A DNA stretch of 64,000 bases from Basidiobolus meristosporus CBS 931.73 (taxonomy: Eukaryota; Fungi; Basidiobolomycota). The stretch covers positions 62,001-126,000 of the forward strand of contig MCFE01000101.1 of assembly GCA_002104905.1 (NCBI GenBank). The letters run 5' to 3'. Shown piece by piece: positions 48,581 through 61,667 of this stretch. The translations under genes were made by a program, and so were the position numbers. The stretch's first letter is position 1. Each line of letters starts with the position of its first letter. The notes under the pieces were generated by a model that was not told where the DNA came from, did not search any database, and saw nothing but the letters and a program-made list of their open reading frames with translations.

Positions 48581-51500
48581 ATGGCCACCTCCCCCTCAAT
48601 AAATACAGAGAACCAAGGGAAATTGTTGGAAGATGCGCTGAACATAGTCAAGGTCCAATCCTTCCAGATGAAAAAATGCTTGGTATGTATTGTCACCACT
48701 GGCGTTCCCCTTGAGATAGTCACACACGCGTGGAAAGCCGAGTACTCTTTGTTTTACGGAGTTGTTCTGCGTGTGACTATCCCAAAAACAGAAGGCCTTA
48801 CTAAGAAACCGGTTGCCCCGCTTTACTAACTGCCGCCTCACCGTTTTTTAGGACGGAAATAAATTGATGGATGCGCTTAAGCATTGCTCCACCATGTTGG
48901 CGGAGCTACGGACTTCCTCTCTGACCCCCAAGAACTACTATGAATTGTGTACGTCGTTTGCAGTTGCTATTCTGAAATCACCGTGTCCGCTGATCGATTT
49001 CTCTTGTCCTTATTGGGAAACCTACAGACATGGCTATCTTTGACTCTCTGCGCCACTTGACCACTTTCTTATACGAGGCTCATACCTCCAATCGCCACCA
49101 TCTGGCTGAACTATATGAGCTGGTGCAATATGCTGGGAACATTATCCCTCGTCTCTATCTGATGATCACCGTAGGAAGTGTTTACATGAGTGTCGAAGAT
49201 GCGCCAGTCAAGGAGATCATGAAAGATATGATGGAAATGACCCGAGGTGTCCAGCACCCCACCAGAGGCTTGTTTCTTAGATATTACCTCGGAGGAGTGA
49301 CTCGGGACTCGCTTCCTACCGGAGATAGCGAAGGGTAAGCCATCCTTAGCAATGGCGCCATTGGTTTACCGTCAACAGAACTGACCTCTCTCTCAACATT
49401 AGCCCCGAGGGGAATCTGAGCGATTCGGTCCAATTCACCCTCACCAACTTCATGGAGATGAACAAACTTTGGGTCCGTCTCCAGCACCAGGGCCATTCCC
49501 GTGAAAGAGAGAAGAGAGAGATGGAAAGAAAGGAGCTCAAGATCCTTATCGGAAGTAATCTGGTCAAACTCAGCCAGCTGGATGGAGTCAACCTAGTCAT
49601 GTACCAAGAGGTAAGGCACAATCACGGCCACCGTCGCTTCAAGATTGACTTAATCTTGCCCCGCTCTAGACCATCCTTCCTGGAATCCTTGAGCAGGTTG
49701 TAAGCTGCAAGGACCTGATCGCCCAGGAGTATCTTATGGAGGCCATCATCCAAGTAGGGCACCTTCGGGCTTTCTGACCTCGATCATGCACTAAACCGAT
49801 AACAGGTATTCGAGGATGACTTTCATCTGCGCACGCTGGATCAACTGCTTTCGGCACTTGCGAAACTGAATCCCCGAGTCAGCGTGAAGCAAATCGTCAT
49901 CTCCCTGATCGATCGACTGGCCGCCTACGCCGCTAGAGAGGCCGAGAACGGAGACGAGGTGGACGAGAATGGAGTGAAGCGGGTTCGGGGGATCCCGGAG
50001 GATGTGAAGCTATTCGAGGTTTTCTGGGAGCAAATCGTCGAGCTCGTCAAGGTAAGCGAATACACCAGTACAGCATCAGCGTGGCCATCCGATCAACCCA
50101 CGAATCTAGGCTCGCCCAGATATCTCCATCCAAGACATCACCGCATTGCTGGTCTCTCTGGTCAACCTGTCGCTGAGCTGCTATCCTGAGCAATTGAGCT
50201 ACGTTGACCAGATCATCGGCTACACCAAGGAGAAGATGGTGGAGTATGAGGAGAGGTAACCCAATCGCCACTACATTGCTTATCCCAGCCATAGCCGTAC
50301 TAAACCCTCTATTTGCCTCCCTATCGTCGCCTTCACAAGCCCTGACCTGCATACCGCCAACACCACCTCCAGCCTATTGTCGATTCTCTTGTCTCCCGTC
50401 AACTCCTACTCATCGGTTCTTACCCTGCTCTCCCTCAGCAACTACCAGTCGTTGCTTGATCTGCAGCCGTATGCAACCCGCCGTTCAGTGGCCCATGCTA
50501 TTGTTACTAGTATCTTGAAAAATGAGACAATCATCAGTACCCCGGAGGAAGTGAACGGCATCCTTGATTTATGTAAGGTCCTTGTGAAAGACCAGAAGGA
50601 CGCAACCGCGAGCTCTGTTGATGAGGACGTTATTGAAGAGCAAGGATGGGTCGCCCGAATGATTCATTTGTTCCGCAACGAGGACCCGGACGAACAAATC
50701 ATGGTATTCCCCCCCCCTCCTCGCGTCGTTTCACTTCCCCACTTGCTCACTCAAACGATTCACTTTCGCAGTTATTGTTGGCGGCCAGAAAGCAATTCGG
50801 AGAGGGAGGAGATCGCATTCGGTTCACGTTCCCCTCGATGATCATCGAGGCGGTGAAGCTTGCCCGAAAATACAACGCCCTCGAAACCAAGGTAAGGACC
50901 AGAAAGACACCTGGAGAAGCCAGGGCTGACCGTGTTTTTGGACCGCTAGGACGACGAATGGAGGAAGAAGTGCACCACTTTATTCAAATTCATCCATCAG
51001 CTCATCGCAATCCTCTACAACAAGGCGGAGTGCCATGATTTGTCGCTGCGACTCTTCCTTCTCGCTGCCCAGTCAGCTGATGAGTGTGGCTTCGAGGAGA
51101 TCGCCTACGAATTCTTTGTCCAGGCCTTCTCTGTCTACGAAGACTCCATCTCGGAATCCAAGGCCCAGTTCCAGGCCATCACGCTCATTGTGGGCACGTT
51201 ACAATCCAGCAAGGTGTTCAATGCGGAGGACTACGACACCTTGATCACCAAATGTGTGGTCCATGGTGGAAAGTTGCTCAAGAAACCTGATCAATGCCGC
51301 GCGGTCTATCATTGCGCCCATCTCTTTTGGGGAACCGAGATCAACGGCAAAGAAGGCAGCGGAGAGGAAGAGATGTATCGCAATGGCAAGCGAGTACTTG
51401 AAACATTGCAGCGGGCACTCAAGATCGCCGATTCTTGCTTGGACTCCGTCACAAATGTCGAGTTGTTCGTAGAAATACTGAACCGGTACATGTACTTCTT

Positions 51501-51833
51501 CGAACGACAGGTGGATGAGGTAGGCGATGGATGAATTCTAATGCCAAGCCATATGGCCCTAACCCTTTTACGCACCGCTCCCAGGTCACATCCAAGCATT
51601 TGAATGGAATTATCGACTTGATCAACAGCAACATCACCAACATGGAAGGTGACAACCTGCCAAAAACCAGCAATTCTTCCGCTTTGGTCACGCCGGAAGG
51701 GAACCCCATCGACTTTATTCTCAAGCACTTCAAGCTATCTCTGATCCATCTGCAGCACAAAAAAGAGTTAGCAGCGAGTGCCGAGGTGTCACAAAGATAC
51801 GATGAGATCGACGCCTCCATCACCATTCATTAA
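48581..51833 (+). CDS. VPS35: Retromer subunit Vps35 (about ten introns)
   Basis: [29 protein letters not shown]; [17 protein letters not shown]; [12 protein letters not shown]; [18 protein letters not shown]. Confidence 0.97.
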
Positions 51834-52165
51834 ACCGCCTCGCCTCGCATCCATCCCATCTCCATTCCCTCCATCACCATTCCCATGTCCAAAGCTGAAG
51901 TAGCCCATGTTTTTGTCACTAATTGTCGGTTATTTTATTGTACGAAGAAAAGTAAAGTATTTCAGTATAAACGGAGAGGAGAGTGTTGGATATCTTATAA
52001 ATGTGTACAGCCGTTCGATGATATGTTAATCTCGCTCTGGCACCTGGACGCTGGCGCCAGAATCACATGCGCAACCTACAACAAAAAATGTTACAGAGCA
52101 CAGTCCGTCACTAGCGGACCGAAGTGATCGGCATTAGTCGACCGAGATCGAGCTCGGCTCGACCC

Positions 52166-53536
52166 TCAGTGCTTCTCGATCTTATCCTCCTCACCAAGCT
52201 CCAGCGACTGCACCTCACTGATCTCCAGGGCGTGACCGGCGTCCACTCGGAATTCTCTCTCCCATTTGGCGACCACAACAGTGGCGATACAGTTACCGAT
52301 CAGGTTCACGGTGGTTCTCCCCATATCCATCAGCGCATCGATGCCAAGAATCAAGGCAATCGAGGCTTCAGGAAGGTTGAAACTCTTGACCGCACCTGAG
52401 AGGATAACGAGGGAGGCACGGGGAACAGCGGCCACTCCCTTACTGGTCAGCATAAGAGTGAGCATCATGATGATTTGCGTGCTGAAAGGCATGTCGATTC
52501 CTCCGACCTGAGCACAGAATACAGAAGCGATGGCCAGATACAAGGTAGTCCCGTCGAGATTGAAGGAGTACCCGGTCGGCATTACGAAGGCGATGATCTT
52601 GTGAGGCACGCCATAGGCTTCCATATTCTTCATAGCACGGGGTAGAGCGGCTTCCGAAGAGGAAGTAGAGAACGCGATCAGAGCTGGCTGGGCGATTGCT
52701 CGGAGCAGATCCGGGATTGGGACTCGGAGGATCAGGATAATGGGAACGAACACCAGCAGCATAAAGATGATCAAGGAAAGGTACAAGGTCCCCATCAGCT
52801 TACCGAGATCCACCAGGACCCCGATACCACTCTGTCCGATGGTATAGGCGATCGAGCAGCCAATCCCCACGGGGGCAAAGTTCATCACCAGCTCCGTTAC
52901 TTTGAACATGATATCCGACAAGCTTTCCAACCAGTCGATCATGGTGACCTTGGATTTCCCGGGAGTCTTCATCATGGCTACGGCGAACATGATGGAGCAG
53001 AAGACGATTTGCAACACCTCGTTGTTGGCAGCAGCCTCAAAGAAACTCTGGGGAACGATATGCTCCAGCTCATTCTGCCAGCTGAAGGTGTAGTTGGCCA
53101 GGTCCTGGGTGGCCGAGGTGTCTGCGTCTGCGGGAAGTGTAACCCCCACCCCTGGCTTCAACAGGTTGACCATGATCAAGCCGACCACAAGAGCAAGCGT
53201 GGTGACTACCTCAAAGTACACAAGAGATTTGATGGCCAATCGACCAATCTGCTTCATGTCATCGCCATGCCCGGCAATTCCCACGGCCAACGTGGCGAAG
53301 ATCAGGGGAACGATCAGGCACTTGATCATATACAAGAATATATTGGAGATGGGCTTCAGTTCCTTGGCGAAATCCGGCTGCAGCCACCCTAAGAGAATGC
53401 CAACCACCATGGAGACCATAATCCAAACGGTAAGGTTGAGTCTGGTCAAAAAGCGCCAGGCCAACACCAATGGGTTCTTGGTCGGCCTTTTCATGGGGGG
53501 TGCCTCGTGTGTAAGAGTGGTTGTAGGGGCGTGCAT
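52166..53536 (-). CDS. Dicarboxylate/amino acid:cation symporter (DAACS/SDF), bacterial GltP-like, intronless
   Basis: FSTSSSEAALP, VMPTGYSFNLDGTTLY, GIDALMDMGRTTVNLIGNCIATVVVAKWE. Confidence 0.93.
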   Translation of the reverse strand: MHAPTTTLTHEAPPMKRPTKNPLVLAWRFLTRLNLTVWIMVSMVVGILLGWLQPDFAKELKPISNIFLYMIKCLIVPLIFATLAVGIAGHGDDMKQIGRLAIKSLVYFEVVTTLALVVGLIMVNLLKPGVGVTLPADADTSATQDLANYTFSWQNELEHIVPQSFFEAAANNEVLQIVFCSIMFAVAMMKTPGKSKVTMIDWLESLSDIMFKVTELVMNFAPVGIGCSIAYTIGQSGIGVLVDLGKLMGTLYLSLIIFMLLVFVPIILILRVPIPDLLRAIAQPALIAFSTSSSEAALPRAMKNMEAYGVPHKIIAFVMPTGYSFNLDGTTLYLAIASVFCAQVGGIDMPFSTQIIMMLTLMLTSKGVAAVPRASLVILSGAVKSFNLPEASIALILGIDALMDMGRTTVNLIGNCIATVVVAKWEREFRVDAGHALEISEVQSLELGEEDKIEKH

Positions 53537-56153
53537 GACGAGGTTCTCTTAGCTTTGCGGCGGGTTTAACGATGGAGAAACTGGTGAGCCAAGCAGGATT
53601 TCCTTGGTGCTTTTATATTTTCCACGCCTTCTCACATGATCATCGGAGACGATATAACCTTAAGAAAATCCACTCTTCTTAGAAGCTTATGGCCTATTGC
53701 CATTTCCAGCCTAAGCCAAACTTTATCTTTAATGACTGCCGTGATGTCTAGAATGCCCATGTTATCAACTCCACAAACCCGCGTAATTTCTTTATCGATG
53801 CGCCTGCTCACTAGCAGATGGGATTGTCGCTTGCTTCCCAACCCTTCTGTTTGTTGGATGTTTCATACACCTTCTACTGGCGTTTTTCCAAATTTACACC
53901 AACCTGCTACCGTGAGAACCCTCAAATGACTGAATTCCCGCTTCAGTTGGTGGTCAAATAGTGAGCAGGATTGTGGGAATTACTGAGCTCCACTTCCACG
54001 TTTGCGGTAAATGAACTGATAAAGGCCGTTTCACTACGTGCAAACCAACCTTAACCCTACACAACTGATATGCTGGCCAACTTTAGCAGGGCCTAGATTG
54101 AATTGGGACCCGAATTAAGCTTATCTTGATAAATAGGGTGAGGTCCTCGATTTGTTTAGATCGCCTCCTTATTTGGATTTCCCACTGGCAGCGTGAGGAG
54201 TGAATTGAATGGATTGCACGAAGTATCAGGTAATATGACGAAATCTTCCTTGGTAGCAGTAAATCACAATACAAGAATACCCTTTCGGTTACCGCTCGTT
54301 GAATCACTAGTAGGTAGCAGTGAATAAACCTCCACAAGTGCCGATTACAATCGAGTTGTTGCCATACACCAAGCAACCAAACTTGACGGAAGCTAGATAC
54401 CCTAGACACTAGATACCCCAAATTTCTTATCCCATCAAACCCTCCCTGCTACGCCAATTAAAAGATTAATCGAGACAGAGGAATGATTCATTTCGACCAT
54501 TGTGGCTTTCTTTTTGTTGGCTTTTGTAAAGCGATTAAGCGTGGAATTCTATCCACCTTTACCAGGGGTAACAACCACAGTTTCGAAACCACCCGTGCTA
54601 CTCTTCGCAGCTTCCACTGCTTCGTTTATGTGGTCAAGATCATACTTGCCGACGATCTCGATCCAGTCGGTAGAAGCAAGACCTACTTCCAGCATGCTTA
54701 TCATGGATTCGATGGCCGTACGAGGAAACATGAAGCACCCTTGATAGTAAGTTGGTTCATCATGACATGGTAGTATGGAAAATCAAGGCACCAAAAGAGT
54801 CACTCATGAGAATAATTTTCCGCGACGACGTAAAGAAAGCAATGCAGCTCGGATAATGGCTTATATACGGACCATTACTTTACAATAGAAGAATACTCGG
54901 TCCTCGGTTGAATCACCCAAAGCTACGTGAACCGTCCAAGCACTGTATCGAGACTGAACCTGAACGGCAATATTATCTGTGCTATTAGAGATCACTAGAA
55001 GGCAAGAAGTGACCTGCGAATAAATGCAGTCTCACTTTGATGAAGAGTGTGATTGGCACACCTTAATGGTCGTATGCTACGAAAGTGGTTCACACTTCAT
55101 GAATCATCCCAGAATTTGATGGATTACGGTCATTAGATGGCAAACCGCCATACTGCAGACCTTACAACTCGCCGTGTCATGGAATAATCGGGAATCTGGG
55201 AACCCAATAAAATGCACCACAGAAATTCACCATTTTCGCCATTTTCAGGCTGCTCCGTGCTTGGCTTTATAGCAATGGACGCATCAACAGAGCAGCCTTG
55301 ATTCTTGATGGAGATAGAAAGAGCTCGGGTATCTACCTCAGCGGCTCTGCGTTGGTTTAGGGAATGTGGAGTGAAGAGCAGCCCAATGGCGGAGTGTGCC
55401 ACAGCATCTTCGATCGTAATGTGGTACAACGATGGCTTTATTACGAGATGATACGGCAGAACACGGCGACCCTACTTCCAACATGAACGCGGTCGCAGTG
55501 ATCTTTCCAACAATCAATCGGTCCAACTTGAACTAATTACGATTGATCAGTCGTGGGTGATTGATCGGTAATACAAGTGTTTTGTTTAATGGGATACACA
55601 TCTGGTCAGTATACGGCACAAGTCAATGATCACCTGGTCAGCTGAGGGAAGGTCACCAAACCCCTACGCCAATCAGGAAAAGCACGCATCGGGTATTCGG
55701 CTCATGTCACATTCTATCGATAAGAAGTTATATATATATATTGATATTGGAATCACTATGCGCACAGCAAGATTGTGAAAAAAAGCAAAAAAGCATGCAT
55801 TGATTCTCCTTACAATCATATTTGTACATTACCTAATCCATCAAATCCGAGAGTCACAGCACAGGATACCGATACCAGAAGCGAGAGCTGGTTTAGTCCA
55901 TGAATGATCTAATTGACGGAAAAACCAAGAATCAGTCATTATGGTTAGGTCAGGGTGGGATCGAAGGACTGCCTCATGACTGCTTCAATATCGGGGTTTC
56001 CGTTTAAGGAATCAGGAGATATGTCGATAAGCGATTAGGGTTGGGATCGGTGTCTGGCCCAATGGCAGTGTTGGTGTACTTTGCTTGACATTTTCCATAT
56101 CCATGCAGTAGCAGGTACAAAAGACGTATAAAACCTTGCCGTGGGCTCAGACG

Positions 56154-57844
56154 ATGGCCAGTTCAATGTCCTCCCAGCGAACACCGCAACTTTCTCCTGA
56201 AGTATGGTGTCAGGTGCTTGGTTATCTCCAAGATGACACCTATCAACTTCACTCATGCTGCCTGGTAAGTAGAACATGGTATTCACTGACCATGCCTCTA
56301 CTTTGGTGTTCGCCAAACTTCACCACGCAAGAGAGCGTTGTGTCATTCGAGAAAGCAATCGACTCCAATCCATACCGTAAGTACTTCCCCCGTTTGGCCA
56401 CACCCGCACAAAACTAATCTTCCCCTCAGTGTCAACTCTGGTGAACCGGTTTGATTTGGCAGACTACAAGTCGGAGATCGTGGACAGGAACACTCGTTCA
56501 ATGAAGCAATTCGCGAATTTGCGTTCCCTTCACCTTCCAGCATCCACCTCACTGGACTCCTTAGATCTAGACCACATGCAGCACCTCGAGGAGATCACCG
56601 ACCTAAACGTCGAGTTGAGCATGCAGGGTCTGACACGCATGGCCACCATTTTGAGCTCGAAAAAATTCCAAAAAATCGGGCTGACATTTCAGTCGGGAAC
56701 TAGTCCCCTTGATCTGACCATTTTGTCGTCGATCCCTACTCTATCCAACGTTGTCTCGCTCAGTATGGCTTTTGGGTCGGACCTTGGTTTGGATCTGCTA
56801 AGGCATCTGCTCACCAAATTCCCCAATCTTGACAGCTTCGAGATCAACTCCAAGTACACACCCAGGTGCATCGTAGCGCTCTTGGCTGAAAGCTGCCCGA
56901 GGATCACCAAGCTTAGCCTAGGGACTTTCTCAGGTTTGGGGGAGGAGTATCTAGATGATCTCTGCAGGGATCTGGAACTTCACTACTCGAGACAGCTTCG
57001 GGAATTCTCCATCTACTTTTTCAATGACTGGCCGATCTATTCAGAGCGGTTTACCCGCAGCCTGTTCAAGTCGTTCTACAATGTTGAGACCCTAAGACTC
57101 TCGGGCATCAGGCTGAACAATGCCATCGTCCAAAACCTAGCCGAGTCTCTCTCGAGTAAGATCAAAACCCTAGAACTGACCTGTGTCTCGTATCGGGATA
57201 TCTTTGCGGATGAGCCATGGAGCAACCTGTTCGCCAGGGTCGGTCCTCGGTTGAAAAACCTCGTCCTGGTTCGGGGATGTTTACCACCAAACATCGGGAA
57301 ATCCATCGCTCAGCACTGCCCAATTTTGGAAGACTTGACGCTCGCCTGTACCAACATCGCTGACGCCTCCGTTGCTTGGGTTGCTCAGACCTGTGGCCGT
57401 CGGCTCCGACACCTGGATGTCAGCGACACGAACATCACCAAGGTAGGATTGAGATACGTCTTCCAGTACTGCTCAGGACTCCAGAACCTTTCCCTCGCCA
57501 AGCTCTCTAGCCAGCTAGAGCTGGGGGGAGGGTTTGAGGTCTTTTTGGCCCAATATGGCCGCCAACTTCTACACCTCGATCTTTCTTTCCAGACCATTGG
57601 TGATCAACTGCTATATGCAATTGGCAGACACGCCAGGGGCTTACGCGAATTGGCTTTCACTGATCAACCGGGGATCAATGACCATGCGGTCTCATCGGTG
57701 ATGAGCAATTGCCGAAAGTTGAAGAGGCTCTCAGTGAGACGCTACTCAAGGACCTCGCATAGTATCTCACAGGAAATGTTGGACACAGTTGACCAGCATT
57801 TTGTCCACATGGACCTATCACATAGAGATCCCAAGCGCTTTTAA
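56154..57844 (+). CDS. F-box / leucine-rich-repeat protein (intron 56377-56429)
   Basis: F-box LSPEVWCQVLGYL..LHSCCLVSRTW followed by AMN1/FBXL-type LRRs (LEDLTLACTNIAD, LRHLDVSDTNIT). Confidence 0.88.
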
Positions 57845-57926
57845 TCCCTGGAGTTCGTTGATTCGAACCTGCCAGACACCTAGACTCCAGTGTAACTTGG
57901 AACTGTACCATATCCATATCCTATCC

Positions 57927-58025
57927 ATCAATCGAATAAATATGTATTGCACATCAATCGAATAAATATGTATTGCACATCCAGATCAATCGAATAAATA
58001 TGTATTGCACATCCAGATCAATCGA
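57927..58025. repeat. Tandem repeat, 26-32-bp unit x3 plus a partial copy, each unit with AATAAA
   Basis: ATCAATCGAATAAATATGTATTGCAC(ATCCAG) repeated between two convergent gene ends. Confidence 0.9.
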
Positions 58026-58086
58026 GCATTTATACATTAAATATCTTTCACATCCACATCAACTACCACGCGAAACTGAGACTTTA

Positions 58087-60091
58087 TTAACTTCTGAACC
58101 TAAGTGCCCGAGCCCAAAATCGCAAGATCAACAAATCATGATCCTTGATCCCCAGAACGTTCAGGAAATCCTTGATCGCATTTGGGTTCTCCCCACCGCC
58201 GGCCCGGACAAATTGGATGAACTGCTTGGTTTTTCTTTGGAGAGATTAATGAGTGGTCAGAGTGAGGCGGGATCGGCGTACTAACCTGAGCCAGTTCTCT
58301 TTCAGGATGATGATCTGCATGTGGATGATTTGGGGGGACAACGGGAGCTTGAGGACCGCTTCTAGTTGGTCCATGAACGACGGGGTTTCTCGCGAGTCTT
58401 CCTCCGAGTCTTTGCTCAACTCGTCACTTCCAAAATCCAGCCTCCAATCTTTTCCGTCCCCTAGATGTTTGGCAAGAATCAAGGATAACAGGGCCATCAT
58501 GTTAATAAGCACAAGTCCAGTGAGGTCGTGGCGAAAAGGATATCCAGCAGCACCGAACTACTCTTGTCCACATCTTCCGGGAACTCGGCGTCTTTTTGCA
58601 ACCCCAGCAGGTTGCATTTCCATATCTCTTGATAGCTGGCCTCATAGCTCATCACCGAACTGCACCCCAACGGAATGATCTCCTGCAAAGCAACCTGCTT
58701 AGCCCAGGAATCCCACAAACAGCCGTTGACTTACCTGCAGCACGGAGATGATGGACTTGACGAGTGGCTCCTCGTCTCCTCTCACTATCACCTGGTTCCC
58801 GATCACGCAGTTGAACACCAGTTTTCGGAACGCCTTGTGCTCCAGAAGCTTCTCCAGCTCTAGTAGGTTCTTGATACTGGCACGAGGATGTTCCTCTTGG
58901 ATGGATATCTTCTGAGACTTCATAGTATTGGATATCGCATCTATGAAGGAGTTGTTGAAAAGGCCTGAATCGTCACTTGATCCGATCTGTTGATCAGCAA
59001 ACCAAAGTCAGTAAGTGCCGTTGCATCTAGAGCTGGGGATACGCACCATGGGCTGTCCTTCGACCTGCTTTTCCTGGAGTCTCCGACTGCACGCCTTCAA
59101 GATCCAACTGAAGTTGGCGTGTAGATTAACAAACAGGTTCTAAATGCAAACATGATGAGACAGTGGGCCCAATCAAACCAGCCAGGTGGCCGAGTGCTAC
59201 CTTGACACCGAGTAGCTCATCCAAGGACCTAAGGGATTGGCTTCCTCGCCGTCTCAGAAACTGGTCCGGTGCCACAGGGCCGAAGGAGCTTCGGTTTCGC
59301 ATTAGGTCTTGCGGGCTATCTAGGAGAGACGCCTTCTCTTTGTCATACACCTTCTCCGCCTTCTCCTGGAGCTCGGACGCGAGCGCCTTGAATTTCTTGA
59401 CCAGGAAGGGCCACGAGGTGACGAGATACAGCCGGTCGGACATCAGAAATATGAAGCTGTACCACCGCTGTGACCCTCGGGCTTGGCGATCCTTCAGTTT
59501 GAACATGTACGACAAGACGTACCCGTTTTTGTCGTCGCCAAATAGGACCGGCCCTTCACGGCCAGGGCAGAACTCGCAACTGAGACTTCTCACGCAGGCC
59601 TGACGCAAGGCCGAGTATAGTCGAGGGTGTAGCGGCGACCGAGAGCCAATATACGTCACATCAGGTGTTTCGAGATCTCTGGTTAAAAAGCCCTTCGCCT
59701 CGGTTGAGCGTGTGGCCAAAGAAGCGTCGGAGGCCGGGTCCAAATCACCGGGGATTTCTAAGGGAGGCAGGTTGGCTGTACATGAAGGGCATTGTGAGGA
59801 TTGTGAGGGGAAAGTGAAGGTGTTGGGCTCGGTGTTTCTTCTTACGGTGGGTGGAGTGGATGCGGTCGGATTAACGGGGTTCTGGGGTTTGTTGAGGGAA
59901 GGATTGATGGCGTGTGAATAGGAGAAAGAATAAGAGGTGGATAAAGAAAGGTTGTGTTGAGGGTACGGGGAATCGGGACTAACAGCGTCTGATAAAAACA
60001 TAGAATGTGAAGCATGGTAAGGTTGGGTGCAAAATACAACACTGGGCCCGTGGACTTCACAAAAATGTACGAGGGACACTAGGGCATTCAT
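58087..60091 (-). CDS. FLCN: Folliculin (Lst7/BHD), multi-exon
   Basis: MNALVSLVHFCEVHGPSVVFCTQ; CVRSLSCE..GPVLFGD..Y.FKLKDRQARG..RWY; LRSLDELL; C-terminal ILRFW. Confidence 0.92.
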
Positions 60092-60402
60092 GGTCCACTG
60101 GGGCGGGAGAGCGAGTGAATTCAGCAAATGCCAAGGGGAAACCTTCACCTCTAAAAACCGTCTATAAGGAGGGAACTATTAACAAGATAAAGTAGCGAAA
60201 GAGCGTGGGCGGCAGAGTAGGCAGCAAATTAAAACACTTCAAATGGCCGCTTTCATTGGGCGTGTTCATTACAATAAATGATTATTAATGGAGATGGACC
60301 CAAATCAAATGACCTTGATTCCAGTTCAACCATGTGTGTACATGTGACTAATGGTCATCCGCTGACTCTGAATACTGGGAGATGGGACATATTCAGGTGA
60401 TT

Positions 60403-60450
60403 CTGTAAATGGCACTGCAAATGGCACTGCAAATGGCTCTGTAAATGGCT
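60403..60450. repeat. 12-bp unit x4, CTG(C/T)AAATGGC(A/T), in the FLCN/ITPase divergent promoter
   Basis: Read directly from the sequence. Confidence 0.85.
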
Positions 60451-60580
60451 CCATTGAAAGTATGTAATTGATTGCAGACCCTGCAAAAACAAGGGATGTT
60501 GCGCGGAGCTGAGGAAAAAAATTCTTTTCTATTATAATATGCACTGGTGAGCCGGGATTTGTTTACGTGAATTGATTAAT

Positions 60581-61507
60581 ATGTCGCTGCGCCAACTGGT
60601 GTTCGTTACTGGGAATCAGAAGAAGCTTGAGGAGGTGAAGGCTATCCTCGGGAGTGTCGTCGACTTGAAGGCCCATAAAATTGACCGTACGTACTAGATG
60701 CAGTTTTCCTTTCGCCAAACCACCGGTTCCAACCAAACTCCCATTTAGTCCCCGAGATTCAGGGCGACTCCAAGGAGGTTTCAGCGGAGAAATGCAAGCG
60801 TGCTGCCGAGATTGTAAGCTATATTTCAGTTGATAACACCCTTTCGCGAAACTCAACCCTACGGACTTAGCTTAACGGCCCAGTAATCACCGAGGATACC
60901 TGTCTTTGCTTTAATGCTCTTCAAGGGCTTCCAGGGCCTTATATGTATGTTTCAGAGCCGGTGCATAATGGATGGATGTTACGTTGACCTTTTCTTCTAC
61001 TACAAATAGCAAATGGTTCCTGGGTAAACTCGGTCATGATGGTACGTATTAGCCTCCCTCCCAGTCCCATTCCGCACGTCAGTAATTTCTTTGATACTAG
61101 GGTTGAACAAAATGTTGGCTGGCTTCGAGGACAAATCGGGCTATGCTCTTTGCACCTTCGCCTACTGCCAAGGGCCTGGCCACGAGCCAATTGTGTTCGA
61201 AGGACGTACTGATGTAAGCATGAAACGCGATTTATTGTAGAGAGCCTTTCTAAGATCATTTGTCTGCTGTAGGGAATTATTGTTCCACCTCGTGGACCAA
61301 ACGACTTCGGATGGGATCCTATTTTCCAGCCCGATGGCTTTGATACGACGTAAGTGCACTCAAGCCTGCATGTAGACGAAACACCCGATTTACTTTACGG
61401 CTGCTAGTTATGCCGAGATGTCCAAGTCCGTCAAGAACACCATTTCCCATCGTTTCCGGGCCATCGAGAAGCTGAAGGAATTCCTTGATCAGCAAGAAAA
61501 AGCATAG
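60581..61507 (+). CDS. HAM1: Inosine triphosphate pyrophosphatase (multi-exon)
   Basis: [12 protein letters not shown]; GLPGPY.KWF; FGWDPIFQP; [10 protein letters not shown]. Confidence 0.95.
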
Positions 61508-61667
61508 ATTTGAGCAAAATAAATAGCAAGTTTCTAGATAACTTGGATAAACATGGGATAATATAGGCAAACGTGGGGAAGATATGGGGAATAGCTTCAG
61601 GTATTGAACAGAGGTAAACTAAGATCAGAGGTACGGAATAGGGGCAGCTGATACGTTCTGCATTGAT

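Noticed and set aside
53600-56130. 2.5-kb gap with short ORFs; possible hidden gene or ncRNA
   Set aside because: No conserved motif, splice pattern, tRNA cloverleaf or rRNA signature found by eye.
57927-58025. CRISPR-like array
   Set aside because: The units are contiguous with no unique spacers, and the context is eukaryotic.
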